DNA of 64,000 bases, from positions 64,001 through 128,000 of the forward strand of contig CAVWFS010000006.1 in NCBI GenBank assembly GCA_963754315.1, given 5' to 3'. This DNA comes from an uncultured Candidatus Rokubacteria bacterium. GTDB lineage: Bacteria > Methylomirabilota > Methylomirabilia > Rokubacteriales > CSP1-6. The notes below the pieces were generated by a model. The model was given only the letters and a program-made list of their open reading frames with translations. It did not search any database and was not told the DNA's origin. Position numbers and translations under genes: made by a program. Shown here piece after piece: positions 62,149-64,000 of this stretch. Every line of letters starts with the position of its first letter. The first letter of the stretch is position 1.

Positions 62149-64000
62149 ATGACTTCCCAATCCTCCCCGCTCCCTGCCAGTGTCGCGTCCGCCGCCCCTC
62201 TGCAAGCGCTGCCCTACGGCGCGCTTGGCATGGACGCGGAGTCCCTGAAGAACGGCATCCTCGGCCATCTCGAGTACACGTTGGCCGAGCTGCCCAAGCA
62301 CGTGGACAGCGAGTGGGAACCGTACGTGGCCCTCGCCCTCGCCGTGCGCGATCGGATGATCCAGCGCTGGATCCACACCCAGGACACGTACTACGAGCGA
62401 GACGCCAAGCGGGTGTACTACCTGTCGCTCGAGTACCTGATGGGGCGCACCTTGGGCAACAGCCTCATCAACATGGGGCTGCTCGACGCATGCGTGAAGG
62501 CTCTGCACGAGCTCGGTTACCGGCTCGAGGAGCTTGCGCGACGCGGAATGGGACGCGGGATTGGGCAATGGCGGTCTCGGTCGGCTGGCGGCCTGCTTCC
62601 TCGACTCCATGGCCACCCTGGGCTACCCGTCCTACGGTTACGGCCTGCGGTACGACTACGGGATCTTCCACCAGCGCATCGTCAACGGTGCCCAGGTGGA
62701 GGTAGCCGACGGCTGGCTGCGCTATGGCCATCCGTGGGAAATACCGCGCCCGGGGGACCGCTTCCCCGTGCAGTTCTTCGGCCGCGTCGACTCCTACGTG
62801 AACACGAGCGGTCGCCTCACCAACGCCTGGGTGGACACCAAGGACGTCCTGGCCACTCCCTACGACACGCCGATTCCCGGTTACGGGGGTCAGACGGTGA
62901 ACACCCTGCGCTTGTGGGGCGCCCGGGCCGTCCGGGAGTTCGATCTCGCGGAGTTCAACGAGGGCGATTACATCGGCGCCGTGGAGGCGCGAGCGCGTTC
63001 GGAGAACATCTGCCGCGTGCTCTATCCGAACGATAACGTGTCGGCGGGCCGGGAACTGCGGCTGGCCCAGGAGTATTTCTTCGTCTCCGCCACCTTGCAA
63101 GACATCATTCGCCGCTACCGCAAGCGCTACCTCATGTTCGACGAGCCGCAGGGCCTTCGGACCTTCGACCGGTTTGCGGAGAAAGTGGCCATCCAGCTCA
63201 ACGACACCCATCCCACCCTGGCCATTCCGGAGCTGATGCGCATCTTGGTGGACGTCGAGGAGCTCAGTTGGGACGAGGCGTGGGCTATCACGACCGCCAC
63301 CTTCGGCTACACGAACCACACGGTCATGGCCGAGGCCCTCGAGCGGTGGCCGGTGAGCCTCCTCGGGACCATGCTGCCCCGGCATCTGCAAATCATCTAC
63401 GAGATCAATCGCCGCTTTCTGGACGACGTGCGCCGGCACTTCGGCCAGGACGACGCGCGCGCCCGGCGCATGTCCATCATCGAGGAGGACGGCGAGCGAC
63501 GCGTGCGCATGGCCACCCTCGCCGTGGTGGGCAGCCACGCCGTGAACGGGGTAGCGGCGCTCCATACGCAGATCCTGACCTCAGAGGTCTTCGGCGACTT
63601 CTATGCGATGACGCCGGAGAAATTCAGCAACAAGACCAACGGCATCACCCAGCGCCGGTGGCTCCTCAAGAGCAACCCCGATCTGGCGCAGATCATCAGC
63701 GACGCCATCGGACCCGGCTGGATCACCGACCTCGATCAGCTGCGGCAGCTCGTTCCGCTGGCCGACGATCGCGCCTTCGCGCAGGCGTGGCAGGCCGCCA
63801 AGCGGGCGAACAAGCTCCGCTTGGCCGATACCATCCGCCGCCACTATCAGCGGCGCGGCCTCCCCGTCACCGTCGCTCCAGACTCCCTCTTCGACGTGCA
63901 GGTCAAGCGCATTCACGAATACAAGCGCCAGTTGCTCAACGTCCTGCATGTCATCACCCTCTACAATCGTCTCAAGGACAACCCCCATCGCGATCTCCTG
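62149..64000 (+). CDS. glgP: Glycogen/starch phosphorylase (partial; frameshift near 62538)
   Basis: [11 protein letters not shown]; then [66 protein letters not shown] in the shifted frame. Confidence 0.93.

Noticed and set aside
62530..62545. Programmed frameshift in glgP
   Set aside because: No slippery heptamer or stimulatory structure seen; a single extra base explains it and fits the window-wide indel pattern.

Overview
High-GC bacterial window. By eye the gene content and protein styles resemble soil Candidatus Rokubacteria/Methylomirabilota, but this is inference and untested. Many genes are broken by single-base indels, often in homopolymers, which most simply reflects long-read consensus error. 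Layout: (i) 1-19.4 kb holds mixed metabolic genes: a nucleotide transporter, a Rieske dioxygenase alpha/beta pair with a C-C hydrolase, an MBL hydrolase, AtzH/HpxZ-like and VOC proteins, a patatin lipoprotein, a GH63 glucosidase with an internal deletion, cysteine dioxygenase, a MetE-like protein coupled to a hybrid kinase, an orphan peptide-binding protein facing a MarR regulator across a palindrome, PhhB and Coq4. (ii) About 20-58.7 kb is a large Wzx/Wzy-type exopolysaccharide locus made of two convergent operons, each headed by a near-consensus sigma-54 promoter. It carries a receiver-less sigma-54 activator, a stand-alone mini-protein copying that activator's HTH domain, an apparently degenerate tyrosine kinase, two unusual enzyme fusions, a tailoring set (two ATP-grasp ligases, GNAT, PLP decarboxylase, two methyltransferases, deacetylase, SGNH) and four secreted accessory proteins. 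(iii) 58.9-64 kb holds a nucleoside/guanine deaminase, a double-ABM membrane protein, an OprB porin and a partial glycogen phosphorylase. No rRNA, tRNA, CRISPR array or transposase was recognised. All family calls come from motif recognition by eye, not database searches.
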